This document shows, piece by piece, positions 48,343 to 61,989 of a DNA stretch of 64,000 nt. Each line of letters starts with the position of its first letter. Positions within the stretch are counted from its first letter, which is position 1. The stretch is from Albugo candida (taxonomy: Eukaryota). The notes beneath the pieces were generated by a model, which saw nothing but the letters and a program-made list of their open reading frames with translations, did no database searches and was not told where the DNA came from. The stretch lies in assembly GCA_040437565.1 (NCBI GenBank), contig JBDOQK010000017.1, positions 1 through 64,000 of the forward strand, read 5' to 3'. The translations under genes and the position numbers were made by a program.

Positions 48343-51300
48343 ATGTGTTTTTGATTTTGATTAAGAATCATGGCTTCGGGCACACCGTAAGGAGCTAGCG
48401 TCATTGCATGCGAATGATTCACGTGGTGAATAGTCAAAGATGAATTCCAATGTGCCCAAGTTGCATACTAAATGGGTGTACAAGAAGAAACGGACCAGTG
48501 ATGGAGGCGTAGGACGATAAAAAGCAAGACTAGTAGCCTGTGTAAATGAACAGATTCTCGGTGTGAACTCCCTGTTAGCCTAGGATGCGATGTTGGATAT
48601 GGCAAGTGCAAAAGCCATATTTGCTTTCGCATGAATTTGGCGTGTTCCAGCCAGGTACTTTGACGTGCCAAGTACGTACGTACGCGCAGCTAGAGAAGAT
48701 GCGTGGAATTACATCTCTATATTCCCGATGATAGGCATTTCACCCCGGAGGAGATGTCTGATTACGCTGTGCGTACGTCTAAGAATATGTCGCTGTGTTT
48801 GGAGCGAAGCTCGTATGGACTGATACAGGAAGGTCGACTATGGCATCATCTCGTCCATGCGACCTTAACAAATATTGTTAATGAGCAATGGAGCACCAAT
48901 GAATGTCTGTATTAAGAGTCTGACACGGTCGGAACCACGTTGGTTGGACCTAATTCCAATGATCTTTTGGTGGCTGGTACGATATACCAGCGCGGCGATG
49001 CTTTCCTCTCCCAAATGTCATGTCTTGACTAAAAGGACCTTGATCTTCCCGAGGATTTTCTAAGGATGCGTTGTCACTTTAATGCAACTCTTGGATACCA
49101 GCTTGATCAAGAATTTACCGTTTGTGGGCTATTACACATGCTTAAACTCGGAAAAACTAATGTAGTGCGATGTCGAATGGAAGGTGATCACCTGGGTGAG
49201 GATAATCCTCGAGAAGCCGTGTTTCTGCCAGCGAATGTGCCTGGTATATCTGAGCACCTAGCCATTGAGACATTTCAGTCGCTACTCGGAAGGTTACTGT
49301 AGCTTTCTCGCTGTACGCGACCGGAAATCTCTTTATCTGTGCACCGCTCATCTTGACGTTCCCACGTAGCCACTATCTTCGATCATAAATTGGCAAAACG
49401 TATCGCTCGCTGCTTGGCCGGCAGTGCGGATCTGAAATTAGCGATGAAGTGCGATGGCAAACCCGGTCTTCCGTTCAGAATAGAATGTTTTAACGATGCC
49501 GATTTTGCTGGAGACAAACATGATAGAATATCCGTCAGTGGTGGCATTGCTCGTATGAACGGAATAGCCGTGGGTTGGCAATGCTAGAAGCAAACGGCAG
49601 TGGCTTTATCAACTGCTCAGGCGGAATATGTTACTGCTTCTATTGGTGGCAATAGATTCTTTGATTAGTATTATTGACCGGTGAGATCGGCCTTTCAGAA
49701 ATTACAATCCCGATGCGAATGAATATAAACAATCAGGCTGCTATACAACAAGCGGAATAAGAATCCAGCTCAAGCCAGACCAAGCATATGGATGTGCGTT
49801 TGAAACTTATTGGCGATTTCTAACGTAAAGCTGCTATTCAACCGACCTATGTGTACGCACAATATTCTAGCTGACCTCCTGATTAAGGCAGCTCCAGCGC
49901 CTCGAAATCAAGCTTTTCGTGCTGCTCTTGGTCTAGAGAAGGACAAAACCTGGGGAGGAGCGTTGGAAGATGGTTTCTGATCGAGAGGGATGTTGTCAGG
50001 TCTCCGCCGCCTCGGTGACACATCCTTCCAGCATCTGCTGGTTTGAGTACAGCAAGTAACAGGTGAGTGAGATTAGGTTGTGAAACGCCGGAGGTACCAG
50101 TTTAGGCAAGAAGAACGAGCGGAGATAAACGAGATTGCACGTAGGTACGGCTAACAATTTGATAATACACGAACTCCGCTATAAATACTTCTTTGGACCA
50201 CGCAGTCTCGAATGAATACTTATTCGTTTGAGCAAACATTGGGTTTCCAACCAAGGTTCCCATTTTCTGAATGCTGTGATCCGCGATATGAAAAGGGCTC
50301 TTGGCGCGTATCACCATTTTACCACTGCACGATTTCCTTGGGCTAAGGTTACTGTTGAGTACTTATGCGTGAGCTATTGCGGTGCACTAGAGTCCTTCTC
50401 AGTGTGTGATGACCTGAATCCTCCATCTCATTTTAAAATCACAGTTCCTCATATACAGTGCGCACTGTCCCACCGTTTAAAGCAATGAGCGGGTCTGGCT
50501 GTGATGCGACTCAAAGATCGCAATGTGGTACAGTCCGACCCTCTTATCGTCTCTTCACTACAAGATGTTCTCCAACGTCAAAGCGCTAAGCTTGAAAGCG
50601 TTTTTGTGTCCCTCGAAAACATAATAAAGTAGCTGCGGGTGTAAAAGCAAACGTCGGGCTAGCAACGAGACCTGCAATCGAAGAAAGCGAATTTCAAAAT
50701 GGCGAACTTCGATATTGTGATTTTGTCGTGTATGTGGATGTCAGGGCTCACGTAATGGAATGGTCCTGCTAAAGTAACAGCTACTATATCGAATTGGATT
50801 CATAAAATTGGGAACCGTCTTACACTATAAACACTATAGGTCCATGCTTCCAGACTGAAGTTTTATGCTGCCCGTGACCTCAATGTCTCGGGGTATTTCT
50901 TGAAGATGGTTGCGCGCAGTTCCGAGCTTCATGTGGTGAACAAATTTCTTGGGCATCGCTTTCTCCACGCTACGGCGTGCTATGAGATGTTGCTGTCTTG
51001 GTGTGGACTGAACCGCGCAGAAGCCTCATGGTAAACTGCTGCTGCTCTACATCAAAATGTCCTTGTTTTGGTGAAAAGATAATTCCTCCTACATCAGGCG
51101 GACCAACGCGTGATCAACATGGCAAGTGACCTGGGATCAACATTCCGTGGGACATGTAGCGTTTGAAATAGATGTTCGAGGTATACCAGCCCAAGCCCGT
51201 GAGCCTCTCAAGAACTAGCCCTCAACAACTCAAAAGTGGTGGAAGAGCAAATCTGAGTAAAGAGAAGGACGGTGGCCTGTTGTTAGTTCTTCATGATATT

Positions 51301-51999
51301 GAGTGATGTAGATCTAAAAGATTTTAAGAGATCTCTGAAACTTTAGTGATTGAGTCTTTTCGGAGATTAAAAGGTTTAAGAAGTAAGAGAATTGATTCTC
51401 CACTAGGGAAGTCCCTACAAACGGTCGTCAAAGCATTTGCCGGAAAGGCAGCTATCTTTGAAGGGTTACTATGCGGAATACGACAGCGCGGCGTGCAAGC
51501 AATCACTACATATGCATTAAAGCATCACTTGGCTTGTTGCAGACAGCCATTATGCCCTATCACTTTTCTAATATTTATTCCGAAAAATGGAACGGATAAA
51601 CATTCCTTGTACTCCTATCAAATATCATCAAACGTATTCGGAACAATCTCCAAATTGACGTGTCATTACTACCCTCAGAGAATATCCTAAGAATTCAATA
51701 CGGGTCAAAGGTGCAGTACAGGCAAGAAATTAGTGGATGAGATAAAAAAAAATTGTAAAGAATTTTTTTTTAAATGACGAGGTANNNNNNNNNNNNNNNN
51801 NNNNNNNNNNNNNNNNNNNNNNNNNNNNNNNNNNNNNNNNNNNNNNNNNNNNNNNNNNNNNNNNNNNNNNNNNNNNNNNNNNNNAGATAAAAAAAAATTG
51901 TAAAGAATTTTTTTTTAAATGACGAGGTATGAGAACGACATTTTACAGATTTGACCATGTGGACCAAAGGGTTAGCTCGTTGCATCGTTCCCGCCTCAG

Positions 52000-52950
52000 T
52001 AGAAGCATTGTCTTTCTCTCTATTACAAAACTCTACGGCCATTCAATTTATCTAACTAAACCACTGCCTTAGGCGACCGTTGCATAAATCTTCTCTACAG
52101 AATTTTTTTCCGAATGCTCAAACTGCAAAAAGAACGAAAAACTTGGCTCAAAATGCCGTCCAGAAGCATAAGACAAGAGTTACATTCGTAAAGGTAGCTC
52201 TTAGGGCAAAGCCCACTTGTCTAATCAGCAGATATAGAATAATATGACGTTTACATCAATGATGTAGAACTAGTACACAAAACAGAAGCGATGCTAGAAG
52301 ATTTGATACTTTGTATCAAGATCCGTGGCATTTTGCATTGAGAAAACCTTACCAGCCTTTGGTGAAGAAATCCTTACTGGGGTCTCGACCTGGTTATATA
52401 TGGAAAGCCCGGTCTGTTTCCCTCCTAGCTTAATTTGAGGCGAAGTTGGTTTCGAGGCGGTACGAAAGAAATGATTTTGTGATGTCGCGAAAAGCGCCTT
52501 TAAATCCTTCTTCTGGATGTGGGAAGATATTCTTTATGAGAAATGTAAATTAGGTATTTGGAATCGTGGATAATGAAACAGGCTCTTGTTGCCGTGTTCA
52601 CGATACAGCTTTCAATCGATCGAATCGGAACGCTAATCGAGTAACACATTGTAGAGATCAGGCAATGAGGCCTATCAAGCGCTAAAGGATGGTTGACGAC
52701 TCTGGAATACTTATACAGAGACGAGAATATTTTTTTGGCAATCTCTCGACGATATGAACGAATAGTTACATCAAACTAGTAAAAGAATCATTTTAGCAAA
52801 GCCTTGTTACGAAACAAAAGGTGACGTCGGAAGCGACAGGAGTTTATAGTGATTTCTGACTTGGTGTGTTTGCAATAAACACTCTCGATTAAAATTTTAC
52901 AACGCAATCGGTGACTACTATGTCAACGATGCGAATTCTACGATTCACTC
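52000..52950 (+). mobile_element. Merlin/IS1595-like transposase remnant
   Basis: GKPG..FEAK and VFGIVDNETG resemble G.G..VEIDE and WVFG.VER.TG; AYQAL. Confidence 0.5.
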
Positions 52951-54399
52951 AATTCATGTAGATTTCAAGGAATTCCATTTACTCGATACCTATATTACCA
53001 CGCGGTGGTGCACCCTTGTAGCTTTTTCTTACCCTTCAAACATCTTTTTAAACATCACGTATCTCGTAATGTACACCTCAGTGAGACACACGCTCTCCCA
53101 CACGGTGGATGTTATGACTCTTTTTGGATTCAAATCTTTCCACTAAGTCTGGTTCTTCGCATGCACGGAGCACATTTTTGTGAACTTGAGTAATTCATAT
53201 GTATCTATTCGCACGCTGAGGCTTATATAAGAGACCAATACGTTTTGTAAAACTTGCGGTAGAAATCGTGTTATAAGCATACCTCACCTCGCAGATTAAT
53301 TCTCGTGCCGGTAGCATATAGCTAAAGTCGGTATCTAATAGTTGCATCGGGCGTGTTTTACATGTTAAAACATCTCTACTATCTTGTGAATGACTTCAAA
53401 TTTTCTCCTTTCTACACAGTGCTATAAGCGTTCCATAGTCTCAGATATAAAAAAATGAATTGTTCAACCAGTCCATCACTTTTGAGCATTGGTAGATCAA
53501 CTCATATTCGAGCTTTGTCATAATGAACATGTGATATCCTCTATGCTCCCACTAGCAGATCCCCGTTCCTGCTTCCTGGAATCCTCTCTGGCAAAGTTAC
53601 ATTTGAAGTAATCTTCTTTTCTGTCAAATATGCACACCACTCATCATTTTACTCTACTTCTTGAATCTTGATTAAGGACGAGACTTTGCATGACCTCGTC
53701 TTCATAGGAGTACCTACTCACCTCGTCAATAGAAATCGCATATCTTCTAAGAGGATATTCACAGGCTCCGAGATAGTTTTGGCTTCGTCATATCCTTATC
53801 ATTGGACCAAAAAGTCTCATCAATGCGTATCGGGAATCATTGTGCATTCCAGAAAATGCTGGACTAAATGTCCGCCATTGGCATACGCGGCATTTTTTAC
53901 AGATTCTGGGGAAACCGGACAAATCTACCCTGAAAAACTTCAAGCGCGTGGTCTGCCGCGTGATGATGTCAAAAGGTGCGAAAAGTTCTTCTATGTCGAT
54001 AGTCCGGCAATTGATCGTGGCTGTCACCGACTAAGGACGTTTTCTAGGGGGGAATAAACGGTTAGTCGCACCGAGTGCCATTTAGCAATAAGAAGAAATC
54101 TCCGACTCAAAAAGCACGGCACGCATTTTTGGATCTTCGATGAGTGAAGAAATTACTTGACTGAGTAGTGGCAAATCTAGAAGTCTGTTTAGCATGAATG
54201 CTCGTTATCTTTCTTTTCCTATAAATTTGCTCGCTTGAAGTCGTAGAAAACCACCGCACCGGATCAGCTCTAACAGAAGGTGCATGAAAATGCCGAAGCA
54301 GATATTTGAAATCCATGACACCTAAAACCTCCATGATACCTTTCGACACACACTCGATGTTGCGTGTCGTATCGGCGACGTTCTCCTTCGATCTTTTAC

Positions 54400-57300
54400 T
54401 CATCCGTATCGAATAATAGGATTGAACAAACGTCAAATGATTGGTTGTGTTCTTTCGTATGCCGTTTCTGCTTATCATTAATGTCATATTCCGTACACGA
54501 CAAAACACTTGTCAAAACCCAGACGGAGGGTAGACAAAGCCGATAAAATCCTGTGGAGGGAAAGCAGTAAAGTAGTAAATAGGGCAATACAACAAGTCGA
54601 CTCAAGGGCAGGTATTTGGTGCTCGACCGTCAAAAAAGGGCTAAATCTGTGGTCGTTCCTTGATATTTTTTTGTTTTCGCTCAATAGCGACCTCATAACG
54701 TTCAAAAATTGTCTGCTAAATGTCTCTACCAATCTTTTTGCCTACGGGAAAAATGCAGTAGCGAACTAGTCCTGCGCACGAAGACGAAGCATCTTGCGTG
54801 GCTTGTTCAACATTTCGATCTTGAATATGAGACACAATCTACCCACACTATCAACACACCATGACACGGATTCAATCCGTCAAATCGTTGACAGATGTCG
54901 TCAAGTTTGTAACAATTCTGGCCCCGCTCATTCCATCCTTCAACAAAAGGACTTAGCTCACGCCATCCAAGATTCATGGCGCAGATAGATAATCGAAAAA
55001 TAAAATCCCATTTTATTCTGTCGCACGGTGAATTTCTCCTTACGGGCGCGGACACGTCTCATCCTGTACCACCAGGCTTGTAAAACCTGTTGAAAAACTT
55101 GTGCACGTTGTCTTTCATGCTTCTACATACCACATATTTCTTCATAATAGCATCGTCGCAGCTCCACGATGACCTGCTTAATTCGCATGATCAGGGATAC
55201 CCAGCCCGTGCTAATGGTCTGTAGCATGATCTGGTACCGTGTAAGGCCCCGTGCATCCCTCAGATCAAACTAGTTAAATCTTGGATTTAGTTTATAGCTG
55301 ATTGGACTTCAAGAGCCTTGGCTTCTATCGCATCGTTCCCCTCCACTTAAGGCCATTCCTCCTCTTGAATATGAATCCGTTTCTTCTAGAGCCAACACAT
55401 TACTGACAATAGATAAAGCACAGACCTTACCTGATACGTGCTCCATGTTATATCGAGGTCGACGTGATAACAAATTACCCCATACACTTTCACTTCTATC
55501 GACGTTCTCCTCAGTATAGCACGCAGTTTGAAACACCATCGACCATTGTTATCAAATTCTCGCTCGGTATCGAGTTATCACATTATGAACGCTCCTCGGT
55601 AGACCCCACTGGTCACTAAAGACATGGAATTCCTTGTTTTGTATCAAAAAGTATTCTATTTCTTGCATGTATACGCTGTATCAACCACCTCGTTTTTAAT
55701 CGACGCTCATTTCAACATAGTTTTTTTGAACGACCTACCTATAAAAGCTACTTAAACGTTAGGTTGAGCCCCTCTGGGTTTTTATAATCCCTCTGCCACT
55801 ACTCGTGTATCGGTAGCCCCGAATAATCTATGGATACGTTTGCATTCAGACATGCGTATCATGTTTTTTGTATGTGCCATTGGCACCATTGCACAAAACT
55901 CATTTGATGTTATGGAAGCATGCATCATGCTTAGAACCTCAGTCATGGTTCCATTGCAACACATTCACGAGATTTTATTCAGCATCTTGCAGACTTCGTT
56001 GCCCTCTCCATAATGCGCTGAAGGTTTTTACGACGGTCGTGTAATACGGACTGATTTTCGCGTTCAATTCACACATACAAGTGCTGTAAGGCTGCCACAT
56101 TTCTGGGGAACCAAGTTCACAGAGTCATTGTACCCGAGTCGCGCAATGACTCTCATACCATTTTTGTTGTCTTCTTCCATCCATACGTTGGAATATGAAG
56201 AAATGTAGTTTCACTCAAAAATTCCTGGCATCATTTCATGACCACTTCAGCACATGCGGCATTTCCATGTCGGTATCGGTATATCCTAAAACGAAATCCA
56301 ACCAGACCTGCAAGCCTTTTTACAGCACTTGCAGCATGCTTTTTTTGGTCACTTGTTGTGCGTGGTCCACTGCACCATTCGATGTTATGATTACAATACT
56401 CGCCCTGAATAGTCAATTAGGCGTCACCACAGTAGCTTAGGCTCTACTGTTTTGCTGTAAGGTTCTTTTCAGTTTAATTGAAAACAATCCAAGGAATACT
56501 AACGTCATGATACCTCCAAAACCACTTCCGGTTGTGGCATTAGATACACCTTCGGAAACATTAATACAATTATCGCCCTTCGATCCACCTCTATCCGACA
56601 CGATCCAAGTTCCTACTTTACGAAAATACGCGGGAAACTTCTCCATCGAAATTATTAATCCCGATATCAAATCTTGCTCCATCACTTCCACTGGAATTTT
56701 ATCCATTTACCTTTCATGTAGTGGTGTTAATGGATTGACTTAGCGTTAGCGATAAACTTGATCGCTCATTTCATACGGTGGCTTGTGAAGGTACGATTTT
56801 CACGGAAGGGCTGCAGCATATTCAACAACAAAATATCCCCAAATTTTTTTAAACAGGTTCCGTGGACAGTGGTCTGACGTCTCTTTCCCCCGTCCTTCCT
56901 AAACTTCGTTCGCTTCTACATTCAACAATTATATGTCTTGCTTGGTTTCTATGCATCATCAACAGTAACATCTAGGTCTCTAGACAGCCACATCGGAGCT
57001 TTGCAATGCCTTACTCATGGGAGTCTGCACTTCTGTAGCGCCATCGAAGCACGCATTCCAAATCGACTCCACTAAATACCGCATCGTCTCCATTCTGTCG
57101 ATTCAGGAGTAGCGGGATTCATTCACCGTGAAATCCGGATTTCGTCATACAAGCGGTCCACCTTTTGGTAGTAAAGATCACGCTGTTTACAAGCACCCTT
57201 TGTTTTGCCCATATGGACGCCTTCCCTAAGGTAACTAAGTATCATCATCAGTACCTACAAATATTTTGATTAGTAGATGTTTCGCAGCCAAAAGCACTTA

Positions 57301-57800
57301 TACGAGGCCCATCGATGCGTAAGACAAATCGATCCTACATTCAGCAACTTGCTTTACTGTCGTTATGAGCTCGCACCTGATTTTTTTACTCTGAAGTCCA
57401 CTCACGAACTCCTTTGTTTCAACAATCTTCCAGCTGCTTCTGCTGCACGTGACGAGCAGTTAGAGACTTGTCATCTTCACTTCTCTTCTAAGTACTTCAC
57501 ATTGTATCAATCTGGGAGACTTCATATCGTTCACCCAACCAATGTGTGGCACGCTTGATGGCATTGTGCTGTCCCTATTCCATAAAGCTCTTCAACAAGT
57601 CCTGGCATCATTTTGCAGATATTCAAGGATTTTTCTTCTTTGCCTTGTTGATGTCAATACCCAGCTTTTGCATGATTATTTTCACAATTTTCTGCAGATA
57701 ATGGTGAATCAAAACGCGATAGATTGAGTCTCTCAGTGAATGAAAGTACGAGTTTGCATCGATAAGAGAAACCCTTAGCTTTATTTGCCCATTTTTACTT
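54400..57800 (-). mobile_element. Decayed gypsy element
   Basis: Integrase WDFIFRL...RFDG (54807-55055); RNase H end YNMEHVSGK (about 55440); RT N-terminal-like segment (56437-56706). Confidence 0.6.
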
Positions 57801-59749
57801 CAATCTTTGTCGAATCCACGCTATAGTGCCGTCTTGCCCCGCCAACTAGTTTATCCAGTCTTGTTTCGTTACTTCCATTGGATCTATTCAATCTCGAATT
57901 CTAAAAAAATTTCGTTTTTTCACAGTTCCACGCAAGATGCGTGTTGTAATGAACACAATTTATTCTGGAATGTCTCGTAAAGAAGCAACGGGTTGTAAGA
58001 ATTCTGGTATTTCTTCACAAATTAAATGTGGCCTTTTCGGGAAAGTTGTGACGCTTTAGCTATTCGACTCTTCCCTGACACATCCATCATCTCGCGTTAT
58101 CCCGGTATATGTTAACTTGCTCTTCCATTAAGTCTTCGATTATGTGCCCCGCTGGATCCAGTTTTCGAAATAATTCTACATCTGCAATAGGAAGTTAGAT
58201 TATATTGATGCTAGATCCGTTTACATATCCTTTTTGATGCTTATGTCTTCACGTTATCATTCGCTTTCACCTTTAGATATAGTGAATGATCGTAAACTTC
58301 TAACAAATCGCACTAACGTATTGAACTCAAGTTATTTCTGATAGTCTATATGCTCCTATTCGAAGAACCCCTTCACGGCTTCTTGGGGCTCGCTCTGACC
58401 TGATGTCCAAAGAACGCAAAGTGCGTACGTGTACTGAGAGCTTTTAACCGACTAGTCGCGCCTAGTAAGTTATCTGGATTGCTGTAAATATGCATAGAAC
58501 ACATCAGCAAGTCAAACAATGCAAGCTATATTTTTATAAGGCAAAATACGCGGAAAATGTTTGAGTCGGTGATTTTTCGTCATGCTTTCCTTCACTGTTT
58601 GATCGCCTCGCTTTTGTATGTGTGACGATGACTTATCGTACGAAATATCCAGTCGAATGCATTGCTGTCATAATTTTTGGGCTAAGATTACCCGTTTGCA
58701 ATTCTAATAATTGGAGTGAGATACTCTTTCGGTCCAAAGGTTGAGGGACCACTCCAAAATGAAATTGTCTGTGTTAGTAGATTAGAGATTATGTTATTAT
58801 GTTAAGTATCCAAAATGAATATCATGGATGGTCACTCGAGTAGCTACGGGTTATATGTGCATGCGCTTAAGGAATTTGTAAAAAGAGTACATAGAAAAGA
58901 CAGTTTAAACAGAAATTATTCAAAAAGAGACTACTTGAACGTGACCACCATTAGTGCATATAAGTAGACAGGAGAGGTCACTGCACATGTCGAAAACGCC
59001 AAAACGTTTCTGGTAATATTGATTAACTGATAAAATATGCTCTGAACAACGCACGTGCATTGATAACGGNNNNNNNNNNNNNNNNNNNNNNNNNNNNNNN
59101 NNNNNNNNNNNNNNNNNNNNNNNNNNNNNNNNNNNNNNNNNNNNNNNNNNNNNNNNNNNNNNNNNNNNNGGGCTAAGATTACCCGTTTGCAATTCTAATA
59201 ATTGGAGTGAGATACTCTTTCGGTCCAAAGGTTGAGGGACCACTCCAAAATGAAATTGTCTGTGTTAGTAGATTAGAGATTATGTTATTATGTTAAGTAT
59301 CCAAAATGAATATCATGGATGGTCACTCGAGTAGCTACGGGTTATATGTGCATGCGCTTAAGGAATTTGTAAAAAGAGTACATAGAAAAGACAGTTTAAA
59401 CAGAAATTATTCAAAAAGAGACTACTTGAACGTGACCACCATTAGTGCATATAAGTAGACAGGAGAGGTCACTGCACATGTCGAAAACGCCAAAACGTTT
59501 CTGGTAATATTGATTAACTGATAAAATATGCTCTGAACAACGCACGTGCATTGATAACGGATGCTGTGCCCATAGATTGTACAAATGACTATATTTAAAA
59601 AATATCTGTGTACTTCTTTACTGATAGATCAGCAAACTTCAGAAGGACAATGAGCTACAGATGATCGAGGCAAGGAGATCTGTCAAATTAGATGATACAA
59701 TAGAGGGATGACATCAACCAATATCATTTCCTGTACGTACAGTACAGTA

Positions 59750-61870
59750 CATAATGATACAATGGATGTGGCTAATGCCACAGACAAAACACCTCTGATT
59801 GGTTGATTTGTGTAAAAGAATATGATAGGGCGATAGGGTGGCTATATATTACTGTTTCAACCAACGATATAATATAAAATTGCTTATTTGATTTTTTCTT
59901 GCACTTATTGTATTCCAAGGGGTGCCCCTTTTCACCACAAGCTCCGCATAAATGTTTCTTTAACCCAGATAATTTGGTTGCATCGATCCATTTTGTTGGC
60001 GCGGCCTCCCTTTTGGGCACGCATTACTGGCTCCTGCAAAGTTTTCGGAATTTTTTGCGAAAGTGTATGAAGTTAGTGAAGTGTCGTAGCCTGCTGATGG
60101 TCTGTTAGGGCCCAGAAGCTGGCGACCACTTGATCAGTAACGTCGGAAGATTTTTGCTTGGTTGCAACAGAAGAGTACTTGGTTAATGGTGCTTTACCAA
60201 GTGCCAATATGGAAGGATGTCGCTCATTTGCAATTTTTGATTTCGACGCAGGTATGGACGCAGTTAGTGCTCACAGGAAAGAACAAACGGTCCGAATACT
60301 CCAAACCATTCGTCTCCGTCGTTTTTTGGTGGCTGACGAGAACCTTTCAGCTGTTCGTAAATTTTATTCAGTGCAAAATGAGTAATTTTCAAATTGATAT
60401 CCTAAAAAATCATGCCTGAGGCGTTGGCTGTGCATAGTTGCATATTCTCATTTTTGTTGACACTGTCGGGACACATCGTGCTCTACATGTTCATTCTAGT
60501 TGGTATGTAGTGCTTGAGCATGTGCCGAGCACTTTCACCGCGCGAGGTTGCAGTATGACCGAAATGCGTTATACGGTCAGTCCAAGCAGCGACAAACATT
60601 TTTTTGTAGGGAATTCATGTTTCCACAATGTATTTGATGATTGCACTGTCTGCACGCAATTCGAAAACGTTTCCATAGTTCATCGAAGGAGCCTTCTGTT
60701 TCTGCATACATGCTTGCCCTCCGTTCCATCATGAAGGCAATCCATTCTTCATCAGCATTTTTCAATATGTTTTTTTCAATATGCCATATTCATTATAGAA
60801 ACTAGGAAGTAGGGAGTAGGTGTTCGATTAGATCGATCAAAAGAAGTTTATTGCTGAAGAGAATGAGGATTGATTCTAATTCGGCATGAATAGAAATGCG
60901 ACGGAAAATGTTTTATGCATTGACGAGTGATGCAACATTTGAAGCTCTAAAACATTTGTCTTGTATGTGACTTCCACCAAAAAAAATGTCATTGTGACTT
61001 AGAATGATCTCCGTAGATCTTGGATGCAAATTACAGGTGGGAAATTTTGCCGGCATCATTGCTCACTATTGTTTTAACATCAATTTGCAACCTGCGAAAT
61101 CTCCGTACGGCCATTTAAAGTTTCAAAAATCGCGTCTTGGCGGATGTTGTTCAGTGTTTGTAAGGCATAAATAGTCCACGATCACATGTTTGAATGGTTT
61201 TCTTTGGGACCCAGCATCGTACAATTCAACTATTGTCTTTTCCATTTCTGTTTCGAGTCTGAGGTGGACAGGATGGGCGCTTATAAAGGTAGAAGGCATA
61301 TGATTATGATTCTCCTCAACCCCGTAGAAGGTCATAGTTCATCCTGTATGGCTTTCATGCGGAATGGACAATTGGCAACTACTGTCGAGGTCTTCCGTGC
61401 TCTTGTCTCTTTCGTTAGACCAAGCCGATTGCGGCAAGACCCTCCTCGCTCACATTTGTAATGAGCCGTATAGTGCCGCTCCGATGCTTGTGGGATGAAT
61501 TTGTCATTATTCCGTAGCCTTGGGTGGAAGCGAATTCATTCAATGCTTTTTTCATCGCTTTACGAGAGCTATATTCGACACCAACAAGTCCGTTTGGTGG
61601 CTGCGGCAATTTGTTCTAAACATTAATATCAATCTCTTTCGTTCATTTTGAATTCATATTTTGCATGAAAGCTTTCATTATAGCACAACTCGTTGAATGT
61701 TGCTGCGTGCTAGGTAGGGAAGCGAGAAAAAGCTGAAATGTGGAGACGTATAAGGTATTTTATATCTTACGTTGGAGCAGTACCGTATCGACAAATCAGA
61801 TCATTATTACACAAATTAGCCAATCAGAGGTGTTTTATCTGTGGCACCCATATACAATTACTGGTCACCG
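59750..61870 (-). mobile_element. MULE transposon with TIRs and decayed FAR1-type transposase
   Basis: IR 59776-59815 / 61807-61846; NEFASTQGYGI, CPFR, HNH, WHI, C-terminal CGACGEKGH knuckle. Confidence 0.85.
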
Positions 61871-61989
61871 TAAGCATCTATATCGAGTATATTTGATTAT
61901 AGTCATATTCTACCACAAAGCAGTCAAGAAAGATTAGTCTTACTAATACGTATCGACATGTAACCTTATTGATAAAATTCAATATTATC

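Larger units (their letters stand above)
44153..50218 (+). mobile_element. Full-length decayed copia element inserted in gypsy integrase
   Basis: LTRs 44153-44407 and 49961-50218; TSD CTTAT; PBS GGTTATGAGCCCA (44408); PPT GGGGAGGAG; CHKCGQVGHIVRYC, WILDTG, rve integrase, RT YGLIQEGRLW, RNase H DADFAGD. Confidence 0.95.
39400..51419 (+). mobile_element. Decayed chromovirus-type gypsy LTR retrotransposon hosting nested insertions
   Basis: LTRs 39400-39711 and 51155-51419 (TGTAG...CTACA); protease LADSGAS (about 40430); RT WSSP, CLDD, LKLNPKKC; RNase H EKEAYAIV; integrase split at 44152/50219; chromodomain LLSWCGL..EASW (about 51000). Confidence 0.92.

Noticed and set aside
58679..59560. 390-bp direct repeat
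   Set aside because: Identical and gap-flanking
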